Source: Ginglymostoma cirratum
Lineage: Eukaryota
NCBI GenBank assembly: GCA_024137785.1
Contig: JAHRHZ010000139.1
Span: 38,719,447 to 38,783,446, forward strand
DNA length: 64,000 nt
Direction: 5' to 3'
Position 1 is the first letter of the stretch. Every line of letters starts with the position of its first letter. The notes beneath the pieces are model-generated. The model searched no databases. It was given only the letters and a program-made list of their open reading frames with translations, and had not been told where the DNA came from. The translations under genes and the position numbers were made by a program. This document shows, in pieces, positions 11,461 to 23,486 of this stretch.

Positions 11461-11686
11461 TCGTCCCACTTTCTCATTCGCCTCCCAGACAGTAAATCAT
11501 TCCTTTTCCAAATAATTCCCAACTCGATTTGGAGACAGATTAGATGGAGCTGGACTGGAACTGAATTAAGTTAGGCTGAATGAAATGTGCATTAGATTAA
11601 CGATTCAATCTTTATATTTCAGGTTGAAGTCGCGATTTTGGCTTTTTGAGGGGAAACGTGAAATTCGTGTTGAGGGGGCTGAGGAG

Positions 11687-12397
11687 ATGAGGTGCTTTTG
11701 GGAACTCACTTGGTTTCTCTTGGTGTTGTACCTCATCTGCTTTCCCGGGGAAGGGGCGAAAGGCGGAGATGGGAACGAACAAGCCAGCCGTCCCAGGAGG
11801 AAGGGGAAAGGAAAATTGTTGCCGAACAAAGGAGTTCTGACCACCAGGGAGGGCCATGAGTGTTCCTGGGAGGTGCAGGGGCAGGAAGAGTCCACCCTCC
11901 AGCTGAGCTGCACGTACCAAGGCAACAGTTACTGGTGTCAGTACAGCGGCACGCCACACAGCTGCCTCGCCTACAACAGCAGGGCGGCCCAGTACTGGAA
12001 ACAGGTCCTCAGTAAAGTCAAGAGGAAAAGACACGCCTGTCAGGGAGATGCCACCTTAAAGGCGAGGGTCTGCAAGCAGGGGCCGGCAGAATCTCAGCTA
12101 AAACTGACGGGCAAGAGCCCCGAGCCGGGCAGGAGAAAGGACAAGGTTCATTTCAGAGGGACTGGGCGCCTGAAGGAGCCGAGTGCAGAGTTGGAGCAGG
12201 CTGAGCCCACTCAGAAAGCCCAGAAAAAGACCAGCAACAAATCCAAAGCGTCGGATTCTGTCAGGGGCGACGAGCCGAGCTCACTGAGTGAGATGAATGA
12301 TGACCATCCCGATTTGCAAGGAGACCTCTCTCAGGTTTACTGCGCTCAGAAATGGCATTCCCTCTGCTCCTTCTTCGTCGGACTGTGGAATGGCTAG
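11687..12397 (+). CDS. FGFBP3: Fibroblast growth factor-binding protein 3 (236 aa, single coding exon)
   Basis: Signal peptide MRCFWELTWFLLVLYLICFPGEGA; FGFBP motifs ECSW, LSC, YWCQYSGTPHSC, YWKQ, HACQG, RVCKQGPAESQL, and C-terminal YCAQKWHSLCSFFV (8 mature Cys); acceptor tttatatttcag at 11622 excludes the ORF-track ATG at 11585; convergent with TNKS2 as in human, which supports paralog 3. Confidence 0.92.
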   Translation: MRCFWELTWFLLVLYLICFPGEGAKGGDGNEQASRPRRKGKGKLLPNKGVLTTREGHECSWEVQGQEESTLQLSCTYQGNSYWCQYSGTPHSCLAYNSRAAQYWKQVLSKVKRKRHACQGDATLKARVCKQGPAESQLKLTGKSPEPGRRKDKVHFRGTGRLKEPSAELEQAEPTQKAQKKTSNKSKASDSVRGDEPSSLSEMNDDHPDLQGDLSQVYCAQKWHSLCSFFVGLWNG

Positions 12398-13273
12398 TTA
12401 GAGACTTTCTCTGACACCATAGCGAGATAGTTTTAGGTACATCCATCCAGCACCGCCCACCCCTTCTCCCTTCCCGCCTGTGTAACTGAGATCTCCTTTG
12501 ATACCAAACAGAGCCGACTAAACAGAACCACTGCTGAATTAGAACTGATGTTTTTTACATACTAAACAGACTCACATTGTCAAGTGAAACGCTGTGAACG
12601 CTATCTCTGTTAATTTAACATTTCAATAACCTGTTTGTTGCTTTGTATTTTTTAACTCAACCCTGTAAGACACATTAAAGTCAGAGAAACCTGTTTTGAG
12701 ATGTGCTGCTTGCCTTAAGATGCGCAGTAGAGTTGGAGCAGTGACTGTGAGGGAGATAGTCGGAGGGGTTTAGGAAAGTCTGATTCCTCATGGGTTAATA
12801 ATAATTGAGATGAGTTGGAATGTGGGGGTGGGGGGAAGACTCATTTTTAAATTATATTTCGCCCCTGTCCATTACACGTTCTACGTTTGTGTTTAGTGTC
12901 ATATTGGAAAGGGTCTATTGTTGGTCCGTTTAACGCCAGAGTCCGCAGCTCAGCTGAACGGTGAGGGCAGTGTTGTGTTGGAGAGCTATCACTGTGGCAA
13001 CGTTAGGACTGAGCAGGACCTGCTGCGAAGCAGGAAACGTGGCAAGGTGTCCCCTCGCCCAGCCTGACCACTCCCTGCCTACACCAGAGCTGCCAATGTC
13101 AGTAGCTGTCCATCTGAACATCTCCTATTGAATCGATGCAAATACCACAGGCTGCACTTTGAGCCGTAAAACGCAGGTATGCACTGCAGGTGGGAACTGA
13201 GGCCAATTTATTCTGTGGGGACATCTTACACCATCTGGACCTCGTCCTGGATCAAATGTAACTCTGCGTTTTA

Positions 13274-13279
13274 AATAAA
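13274..13279 (+). terminator. Candidate FGFBP3 polyadenylation signal (alternative ATTAAA at 12674-12679)
   Basis: AATAAA followed by T/GT-rich sequence ~880 nt after the stop codon. Confidence 0.4.
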
Positions 13280-13649
13280 TCAGAATGCAGTATTCTTTGT
13301 GACATCCAGAAAACCTTTTTAATTTTTTTGTGAAAACATTTTGAACTGCTGTAAGGCGCTTTGGCGATATGCTTTCTTTCCCTTAAACATCACAAAAGGA
13401 CAAAAAGTGATGGACCTGAAACATGAACTCGGCTTCTCTGTGCACAGATTTCCCCATGTCTCTACTGATCAATTCCAACATTTTCTATTCTTTTGAATTC
13501 AAATTTCTAACATTGTTCTTTTTTAAAAATTTGTTCAGGCTTTTTGAGAGTCACTAGCAACTTTGGTCGTCCCTGATTTTGTATTAGACAATGGCCATTG
13601 ATAAAAGGAAAAGACAGAAAAAATGGGCCTGCATCAAGACAATAAACTT

Positions 13650-13880
13650 CTTTACAGTCAACAAGTGTTTTTGAGAGCTTTAGCTGTTGCAGTAGAGGAA
13701 GGGAGACAGCCAATTTGTGTGCAGGAAGCTCTTGCAAACGGCAGTTGAATAAATAACTGAAAAATCTATTTAAACTGTTGACTGCAAGGTAAATATAAGC
13801 TCAGACACAGGAACAGCATCTTCTTCAAATAGTACTACGAGATCTTTTACATACACCCAAAAGGGCCTTGGTTAAACCAA
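13650..13880 (-). mobile_element. Old SINE with an L2-type tail (SacSINE1/Deu-SINE-like)
   Basis: cagccaatttgtgtgcaggaagctc...tcttcaaatagtactacgagatcttttac recurs at 35790-36070 and 37480-37910. Confidence 0.55.
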
Positions 13881-14139
13881 GAGAGAGTATGAGAGACCAA
13901 AGCACAATGGAGAGATACAACCTGTATGCTGGCAGCAGCTTTATCAGCAAAGATGTAGTTGGCAATGTAGTTCAGATCTCAGAGTTACTCGTCCTTGCGG
14001 TACAGAACAACAAGCAAAGCGATGTATAAATAATCTGCAAATTATCTTCAAAAACACTTTGACAAACTCAATACTGAGCATGCACACCTTGAGGATATTT
14101 TGGCAGTGATGCAATAATTTGCTCTAACACTAGGAATAT

Positions 14140-14776
14140 ACATTATAAACAGTATACTTGCCTTCATTGCTCAGTCCTTTGAGCATAGGAGTTGGGACGT
14201 TTTGTTGATGTTGAACAGGATGTTGGTAAGTCCTCTTCTGGAGTACTGTGTCCAGTTTTGGTCCCCTTCTTATAGGAAGGATATGATTAAGCTTGAGAGG
14301 ATTCAGAAGAAATTTATCAGGATGTTGCCAGGTATGAAAGGTTTGAGTTATAAAGAAAGGTTGGATAAGCTGTGACGTTTTTCACTGGAGCATAGTACGT
14401 TGAGAGGTGACCTTATAGAGGTTTATAAGATCATGAGGAGTATAGATATGGTTAATGGTCGGTGTCTTTTCCCTAGGATGGGGCATTTGAAGAATAGGGG
14501 GCATATTTTTAAGGTGAGAGGAGAGAGATTTCCAAAAAGACATGAGAGGGAAACATTTTACACAGAGGGTGGTTCGCATGTGAAATGAACTTCCTGAGGA
14601 AGTGTTGAATGTGGTTACAGTTACAACATTTAAAAGACACCGAGATAAGTAAATGAATATGAAAGGTTTGGAGGGATATGGGCCAGGAGCAGGCAGGGAT
14701 GACTGGTATAGTTTGGGAACATGGTCGGCATGGATTGGTTGGAGTGACGGGGGTGTTGTCATGCTGTATGACTCTA
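14140..14776 (+). mobile_element. CR1-type (HER1-like) LINE, 3' end
   Basis: Encodes LEYCVQFWSP and RGDLIEVYKIMR (CR1 ORF2 C-terminus); ends tgctgtatgactcta. Confidence 0.9.
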
Positions 14777-15289
14777 GAAGGTGACAAGAAGCAGCTTTAT
14801 ATCCCGCACGTGAACTGAACTTCCTAAAGGTTACCTTTCGCACCACAGGCATGACAGAGACCATGGTCAGACTTGGATGGAAAACTAATAGTGTCTGAAC
14901 AACCCATTGTTATCAAACACAAACCAGTCCACATCATTGCAGGAATTGCAAACCACAACAAGTTGCTGCTGAAAGTGACACCTCACCCATAACCTTCACA
15001 TAATCTTCATGTCTAATAATTATCAGCACAAGTATCCTTTTTATTTGATGTTAATGACTGTCAATCAATAAAAATCTTTAACATTAATGAACACTCCATA
15101 AGTGCTAGCAGGCAAAGTCTGACACCAAGTCATCTACAGAGATTTCAGGAGAGGTGACTACTGGAGTAGGTTTTAAGAAATATCTTAAAAAGGTAAAAAG
15201 AGAAGTAAAGAAACATAGAGGCTTGAGGGGGGGGTTATGGGGGTAGTTTTGAACCTAGTTCCCTGTTGATAAATGAGGAAGATATGATT

Positions 15290-15860
15290 AAGCTTCTGGG
15301 AAGTATTCTACAAATAGTGAGTAAAAATGAGATGGGGAACAGTGGATCACAGCAGTAAGGAAATTATAGAGTTGTGCAAGAACTATAGAGTGGTGATATT
15401 GGGATACCTTATTTACCCAAATATTAATTGGGGCAATTAGAATAAAGAGCAAAAATTGGGTGGAATTTTTGAAAAGTGTTTGAGAGATCTTCCATGGACA
15501 TTATGTTCGCTGCCTAGATAGGAAGGAGGCATTGCTGAACTTGTGCTGTGGAATGAAGTGAATCAAGTGTCTGTGGGGGAACACTAGAGTAAGAGAAATT
15601 ATCATATTGTTAGGTTTACACTAGAAACAGAGAACAAGAAAAAGTCTAAAATAGAACTTCTAAATTAGATAAGGGATGAGTTAAATGGGATGGGAGAGGA
15701 TCCAGCCAGGTTGAAATGGAACGAACATTTGACATGAGATATGTATCAAAACAATGGGTGAACTTTAAGGACGGGATGTTATTGATACTGGCTAAGTACA
15801 TTCCAGAAATACTGAAATTTAGGGAAACCAACACCAGAGCTTCTTAACTGACAAGAGAAG
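15290..15860 (+). mobile_element. CR1 ORF2 endonuclease-region fossil
   Basis: Degenerate GDFNYPNINW-, LDLVL- and SDH-like motifs with frameshifts. Confidence 0.6.
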
Positions 15861-15959
15861 TAGAAAATATGATTAAAACAATCAGTGCAATGCTGGAAGG
15901 CTAAACATATATACCAAGTCAAAGGTACATGGCTTAGGGTAGTACATGAGAATGTTTAC

Positions 15960-17640
15960 TTAAGGTGGAATCATGGATAACAGAGCCTTTATTATGGATT
16001 TGTCACCCAGTGGCCACCTTTCTGAATTACAACTGTTCAAACAACTTTTGCAGTTCTATTTTACAGTTCAAGAAATAAATGATCCAAAGATAAGAGCTTG
16101 AAAAATTCTGGTTGCCATTGGCAAGGAGGATCTCCACAGGATTAACATTTCTAGTCTTTCTGTGGTTGTTTAGAAAGACTTAGAAAAGAACTAGCAGGTT
16201 CTCAAGTACCAGCTCATGATAAAAATTAAATTCAGGATGTTGTTATATGGACAACAACTCCAAAAGTCTAATGACCAGTTTGTTGGAAGATGCTGCAGCA
16301 AAGAGCAGAAGTGTGACTTTTCCGAACAAGAACTGTCATAGAGGCTCATTGAATTAGTGATTACACCAATTAAAGGCTTGCGCAAGTAGTTTTGGGAAAG
16401 GGAGAAAGGCCAACCTTTGATGCTTACCTCTGGGTGGATGCAAACATGATGCCATAGTGGCAGGCCAACAACATTACATGTTTTAGGTGCGGCCGCACTA
16501 TTGCCACAGTCAGAAAAATGCACCAAATTGACAAAATCCATAACGGATGTGAATTGCCGCATCTACTCAAAAGTTGGCCACCTTTTATGGATATCTGTGA
16601 AGCATGTGGCACCAAGGGGAATTGGCAGCTATGTGCCAGAAATCTGGTTCCAAAGGTGAACCCAGACTCGAGAACAAGCCATAGGTGACAAACAACATGG
16701 TACACCACACTTCTGGCAGCTGCGAAAGTGTTAAGAAGGTGCACAAATGCAAGGTTTAGTCAATCAGGTGGAAGGCAAATTTTAGCAGGTGACCAAGCTG
16801 TTAACAACATGGACATGCTGTTAACATCACACATTTCCTAAAAGGTATAAATTGATCCGAACTTTTACAATATGAATATTATAGATCCAGAAAAGGCAGG
16901 ACAACACACACTAAAAGCTAAAGTTGACATTGTATCTAGTATTAACATATTACTATTGAGCATCCTGAAAGAAATGTACGTCAGTGTTTGTGCTCCATGG
17001 GACAGCCTATGAGAAACCAACTCACTGCGATTCCATGCATTTGAAGAATCACATTACAGTGCCAATAAGAAAGCTCCTTTTTGCTTCCCAAAACCTTCTA
17101 CTTGGTAGATACCAATGATCTAGTAGTGGAAGGACTGTCAGTATGCACAGATCTCAGTATAATCACAATTCACAACATTGGAAAATATACCCACTGTGGT
17201 AGAATAGGCCACATATGATGCAAATGAATTAGCCAATGATATCAAACACCTGTACTCAGATGGATTTGGTATGATTAACAATTTTAGCATGTATTGTACT
17301 TTAAGGGTGATTCAATCCCATTTAGTGATCCTCCAAGGAGGTGATCCGTGTACATTCTGGAGTAGCTTTGAGCATAACAGAATGAGATAGAGTGAAATGG
17401 TATAATTCAGCAGACTGACCTCCTCACAGATTGCTATTGCTTCTTGAAAATAAGCTGGGATGAAAAGAGCATGCCTCAATATTTCACTTAAAAAGGTGTC
17501 CACATAAACTACCAATGTTAGAAGAATTCAATCCTAAATTTTTAAAGCAAGTTTTTTTTTCCAAGCTATATATGTGTAACATTGATACTGATCTTCCCAT
17601 TTACCAATAGCGTCCGAAGAGGTTATTTAGGATGCCATTG
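15960..17640 (+). mobile_element. Decayed Gypsy/Ty3 LTR retrotransposon, gag-protease-RT start
   Basis: Frameshifted peptides LFKQLLQFYF...KILVAIGKE, CDFSEQELS*RLIELVI, zinc-knuckle-like CEACGTKGNWQLC, protease-like LKAKVDIVSSINIL (DTG lost) and SDPPRR...NGIIQQTD, in Gypsy domain order. Confidence 0.7.
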
Positions 17641-18445
17641 CGGACTATCATTTCGCCTGAGATGAGGTTAAAATCAGATCAGCTACAATCTTATTGAATG
17701 GCAAAGCAAGTTTGAAGGGCCGAGTGGCCTACTCTTGTTCCTTGCTCACATGCTCGCACGTTTATATGTAAAAGAAATGTACACTAGAATAGCATCTAAA
17801 ATGCGGGAAGATCCTTACTCCTGCAAGTAAGTGACTGTCAGAGATCATAAAATTGCTTTGCCCTACAGTAGGGAACAATCTGAACTATTTGCTATTACAA
17901 TAATATACCAAAGTGTCAGATTAGTACAGGTTCATCAACACTCAAGAAACTGAACACCATCTAAAACAAAACAATTGATTTGTTTGACACCTGGAACATT
18001 CACTGTTTCTATCACTAGATTGTTGTGCAGCAGTGTGTATCACTGACATGTTGCAATACAGCAAGACTCCCAAGACAGAAGCTCATGTTTAGATTTCCAG
18101 AAGGCAGTTGATAATGTGCCACACCAAAGGTTATTTTTAATTCATGGTTTGGGGGGGTAACATATTAGCATGGATAGAAGATTGGCTGGCTGGCAGAAAA
18201 CAGAGAATGCATAAATGTTTTTTTCATTGGATTGGCAGGGATATCAACCTTTTCTTTTACAAAAATAACTTAACTGAAGGGAGCAAATGCACGGTAATTA
18301 CATTTGCAGATGACACCAAGACAAGTAGGAAAGTATACGGTGAAAAAAACAAAAGGAAATGCAAAGAAAAAGATGGGTGCTGGAGTTTAATGCGAATTCT
18401 TCACTTTGGCAGGAAAAGTACAAGAGCAGAGTCTTACTCAAAATG
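17640..18445 (+). mobile_element. Cluster of CR1/L2 LINE fragments
   Basis: CR1 tail 17660-17740; RT motifs LDFQKAVDNVPH, WIEDWLAGRKQR and FADDTK at 18085-18445. Confidence 0.75.
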
Positions 18446-19979
18446 AGAACAGCTGACTCTTCAGCTGATGATTTTTTGTTTTCATTTTATAAAAGCCTAC
18501 TATTGCAAATCTTTGGAGAGCACATATTTCTACTCAAGGTTTGCAACAGAACTTTCAAAGAACTGAAAGTTTTTTGTGGGAGTCCAAGACCGTGAACCAC
18601 TGAACTTTCTCCGCTCTGACACCCCTGCCTTTAGTTGCTATCTCTGTAACCCCTCCCACCCCATCACCAACCCCTCCCAAAATGGCAAAAGCAGTGTACC
18701 ATCCTGTCTGTGTAGCTAAGGAAATCATACTGGCTGAGAGGATATAAACAAATACTTTATACAGTCTTCAAACCAACTTAATATTCATAAAGGGCAGGTG
18801 CAGCTCCAACCTCCCTTATATTTGGCAGCAGCTTTTACATTTGAATTAATCTCCAAAAATTATCACATTTACTTTGCAATTATGCCCCTAAACTTATTTG
18901 AGTCTTCTTTCTGCCTTTTAGAGAGATCTGGTTGAGTAGGGCTTCAGCAATCACTGAGAAACCTTACAACACCTTCCATTTTCCTGCAATTATTTACCAA
19001 AACATATCCATTACCCTCCGAATTATCTGTCAGATTAACACAAATATATATCACTTTTTCCATTCAGATCAGTTCCAAGTAATTAATTAGTTTTTCAATT
19101 AACATGGGAACTTTAGGATTTCATTTAAGTTATTAACCTAATTTACAAATCCTTTAAAAATAAAGTGTAAACTTGAAAATGTGATAGAAATTTGTCTAAA
19201 GCTACACAGCAATACACTTTTGCTTAAGATCTTGTCAATTTTCTTATTTCCTTCCTTTGTTTATGGAACGGTGCCACGGAGACTGACTGTTCTCTGGTCA
19301 CACTTGGTCAATTGGCCGTTATTTATGAAGACTAAAAGCAATGTGAAATATTCACTCATCTATTGCTGGTTCTGCTCCTTGCCGGTAGCTCTGAGTCTTA
19401 CCACCTATTGCTGTTGATCTTTTCGTTTCAGTTACTTGGAAGGCAGCTGGAGAATAAATACTGTCATTTTTCTTTCTCATAGGTTTCAAACTAAGTGCTT
19501 AATTTTCACATGAGAGACAACAGGCTGTTTCCCAGGACCTTCAGTGTGCAAGTCTGATTCCTTTACAGTATAACAAAAGAACATGAAACAAATTGTGTTA
19601 TTTTCAGTGTAACCGCCTGAAATAATTGACTTAAGAATTCTTTTGGGAGATAAATGATCAATAGAGGAAATTTCTAGAAACTACCAGCCAAACAGCAATT
19701 CTGATTCTTCCAGGAAACAAGCTGCAGAATTAATTTTAAAGATCCTTAAGATCAAACTCCAAACATTACCAGATGTCTAACCTATATTTCTGAAAGCTTA
19801 GCTCAGACAGAAGCTGTTGCATTTTTTTCACGGCTAGTATGTTACTCTTTTTATTTTTCCAGAAATAAAATTTATTTAAAATTTGTCAGCTTTTTCAGAT
19901 AAACTGAAATCCTTTGATTACTATCGTGGTATCTTTTGGTAATTAAAACATTAGCATTCTAATTAATCGCAAATGTTTG

Positions 19980-20115
19980 ATGAAAGAATGAGAGAAAGAT
20001 AAAGATAGTGGGAGGAAGAGAGTATGAGTGACAAAGAAACAGAGTCAGGAGACAGAGATGGAGACAGAAAAATGGAGAGGGAGAGGGGAGAAAGACAGAA
20101 ACAGACAGAAAAAGC
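19980..20115. repeat. GA-rich low-complexity tract
   Basis: Degenerate gaga/gaca repeats. Confidence 0.7.
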
Positions 20116-20974
20116 CAAGGGTATTAACTTGTGCAGAGTGAGGTAGTGATATGGGCAGGAGCTGTAGCAGGTATATCTTTGGCTCCCATCCAATCCCATT
20201 TTACTTGTCAATTACGCACTGGCTGCCAGGAAATCCAGCAGTCGAGGGATGCTGACAGTACTCAGAGATGGTGACAGGGATGGATTTGGGATCAGGATAA
20301 GCTGCAGGTAGGAGGCTGGCAATGAGATTCTGCTCAAGGGGGATGCCTCAAACAGAAGTTTGGACTACCGTGCAGAAGTAAGAAGTGAAGGGAGCTGTGG
20401 GCAGAGGGGCTACCCCAATCCCGTCAGCCCTAATGCTCTTGATTCACTGTGAACCACTGGAAACTGCAGCCAGAAACTCACGTACCTCTACAAGGTCTTA
20501 CAGAGAATCAACCACAACCTTCATCCCCCAGAAATGATAAATGAGTGTTCATAGATGGCCCCATCATTCAATGATGACTCCCTAATATGATAATTAGCCT
20601 GAATCAGAAGGTAGGTGGGCTTTGCATTTTTTGAATGCTACCACTGGGAATCAGGGGCCTGATCCAATCTGATCACAATGTATTTTCCAGTGTGGTGGGA
20701 AGAACATCTTTGCCAACCTTAAAATACTACCCAAAGAAAGATAGCCAACTAGATAGATGAGACAGCCAAACAGAAGAGGAAGATGGTTAGAATATGAACA
20801 GAACTTTATGCCTTCCTCAAAGATGCATTTGGCAAAGATTGGAAGGGGGACATTTATTGGGAAAGGATGGTGGCCGCTGGACTCTTACTTACCCACCTGC
20901 ACTCCAGTTAAATCCATGCTAGGCATGCCCCCCACCTCCAGTGCCAGTTGAGGCCCTTACACAGGAATTAAAGT

Positions 20975-21190
20975 TCAGGTAAAGTCACTGTAGTCCTAAT
21001 TGATCTTAGGGCTGGTCTTTCATGACAGAGATATGACTGGCGATAGTTTAACCTGAGGATCGCTATGCCTCAGACAATGGGAAAGGTTGAGAAGGAGAGT
21101 CCTTTATGGTAACATCAGTCAGTGTGGGAATTGAACCGCACTGTTAGCTTCATTTTACAACATGAATCAGCCAACTGAGCTAACCGACTC
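20975..21190 (-). mobile_element. tRNA-derived SINE
   Basis: Minus-strand head ggttagctcagttgg (A-box-like) and ggttcaattccc (B-box-like); tail shared with 33420-33510 (+). Confidence 0.65.
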
Positions 21191-22394
21191 GTGATACAGC
21201 AATTAGAGCCCATTGAAGGGCAGGTTCCGGGTAGGAGGTGTGTGCTACATCATTCAAACACACTCAATGCCTGATAAAAGAGATGGTCAAGATGATGGAC
21301 AGCCTATTGAGAGATACTCTTTGCCCTTATCTGGTCCACCGTTACAAAACTCCTCCCACAATTTCTCACCTCTGGCCAGGGTCGCCTTATGATTCTTGAC
21401 GGTGTCCTGGCAGCAGCCATTTCCTCCCTAGTAGCGTTGCTGAACAACAAGGCTGCTGGCCTCCGGTTACTTGGCTGCTCCTGGTGGGTGTTACATCCCA
21501 CCCCCAGTGTTCTGATCCTATGGAGAGCCTTCTGCTGATCTCTCAACTGCCTCATTGACACATAATCTCAACAGGACTTTTCAGAGGAGTCAGTGCAGGC
21601 CTCTCACCGGCTCTTGAGCTGTTAGCAGAGAACCTTGTTGCCTCCATAAATTTCTCCCAAAGTCCGAGACAGACAGAGACATGTGGACAGAAACTGAGGG
21701 ATATATTCAGACAGAGAGATTGAGAGGGCAATTTTAATCCTTATCATTCCATGAAAATGACATTAAAAGGAGATGTGATCAGACCACATCCACTTCCGGT
21801 ACTGAGTCTGAATTGTTACCACCTAAAGACATCTTTCCTGCATTGGTTTTGAAGTCAGTTGAAGCCTTATTGAAGGCAACTATCAACTTGAAGGTCATGC
21901 TTAACGATGCTATTAGTGCCGTGATGAGAGTATTTACAGTGACATGGAAAGCCTGCCACACAGTGCCCTTGAAACCATGTGTTTCCACCAAGAAGTGTCC
22001 CTTTAGTTATATTCCTTGCAAATATTCAGCTACAAAGAAATCTTATATCTAATACTGAACACAATTTGACTTGCTCATTGTTGATTGCATGTTGAAACTC
22101 AGATTTAACTTGGAAAGCTTTTTTTTTGAGAGGATATGCTATCATGATTTTCGTTAAACATGGCTCAAACCTAATTAACAATGTCCTAATCTAAATAATT
22201 TAAGTTTTCCAAACAAGATCTCTCGATAGCGTGTAAGTAAAAACGCTTCTCAAACTATCTGGTGAGCTCAGCCCAGCATGCATTATCTTCATTCTAATTG
22301 GCCAATTCTCAACTAATGACTTTTCTAAGAGCCAACTGGTTACATTCTCACTGCACACCCTCCACATCAGTCATTTACCTCCTTAGTAATCAAC

Positions 22395-22500
22395 CATTAA
22401 ACAACACTACTACCCACCTGAAGAAGGAGCGAAACTCCGAAAGCTTGTGTCTTCAAATAAACCTGTTGGACTATAACCTGGTGTAATGTGATTTTGACCT
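22395..22500 (+). mobile_element. Penelope-like tail, family B
   Basis: aataaacctgttggactataacctggtg shared with 28450-28482. Confidence 0.75.
22415..22449 (+). ncRNA. Minimal type I hammerhead motif (family B)
   Basis: CAC-CUGAAGA-A-GGAG(CGAAA)CUCC-GAAA-G-CUU-GUG: stem I CAC/GUG, 4-bp stem II, palindromic AGCU. Confidence 0.75.
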
Positions 22501-23486
22501 TACCCCTTCAAAAAGGTAGTGGAACTAATCAAATTGCTTTAATTTGTGAAGTTTACTGAGTTGTTATCTTGAGTTGTGCCCTGGAATTGTACATTAGAAA
22601 TGCAACAACAGTATAATTGTGAATAACATCTTTCATGATGTTACCATTTACATTTTAAATCCCTGGAAAATATTTTTTCAAAGAAACCTACATCTATGTC
22701 ATGACCTTGGTCACAATTTGGAAGACATATCTGAAGTTGCTCTTTGTAACACCCTTGGTTCTTCAGTTTTAACCTCTCTTTATGTCAATTATTCCTGCTC
22801 TTCATTTGCCTTAATACATATTGAGGTTCCTTCTGATCCCAGTGACTATTCACAGACTATATTAAGATTGCTTTCTCTTCCTAATTCAGCAATGGGGCAG
22901 TACTGGAAGCATTTCCTTGTACAAGAATCTACATTCAACTATGACTAGCAGGGTTGAATGTCCAGTTAAAAATGAAGAAGTGCCATTAATATTGTACATT
23001 TCATAACCTCAGGACATCCCCATGTAATTTAAAGCCAACAACAACATAACAAAGATTGTAATGGGGAAACGTGATGTGGTACAATGAGATTCAGGTGATC
23101 AAGATGATATTGTAACTGATCACATGACTGACATCAATAAGGGAGAAGACACCTTTCTAGCATGAGTATGTGAAGACAGAGTTCTTAGACACTAGACTAG
23201 AGAGCAATATTTGAGAACTTTGAATGTACAAATGTAAGCAAAAGATCGAATATGGCACAGATGTAAATAAACAAGTGTTGTAGTACACAAGGAGTTGAAA
23301 AGTCTCACTTTGTGATGAGAAGCAAGCAGCCTCAGGGACAGTCTGTGGGCAGACAGGCACAACTAAAAGAGATTGTCCAGACCAGTACCTCAATGAGCAA
23401 GTGGCAGTACTGGCACAAGACAAATCATATGGCACAAGACTCCCAAAAACAGCAGTTAAATACATAAGGAGACTGTCTATTTTAGG

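Noticed and set aside
11585-11686. 34-aa N-terminal extension of FGFBP3 in the ORF track
   Set aside because: The ATG lies upstream of a strong splice acceptor (11622) and would bury the signal peptide
11605-12446. Antisense ORFs over FGFBP3
   Set aside because: Shadow frames of a GC-rich coding exon
21779-22052. Overlapping ORFs on both strands as an unknown exon
   Set aside because: No recognisable domain or convincing splice sites; chance ORFs of 70-79 aa are common here
23060-23480. Possible LTR plus PBS remnant (gtaaataaac...tgtgatgag)
   Set aside because: Too degenerate to define ends; not listed as a feature
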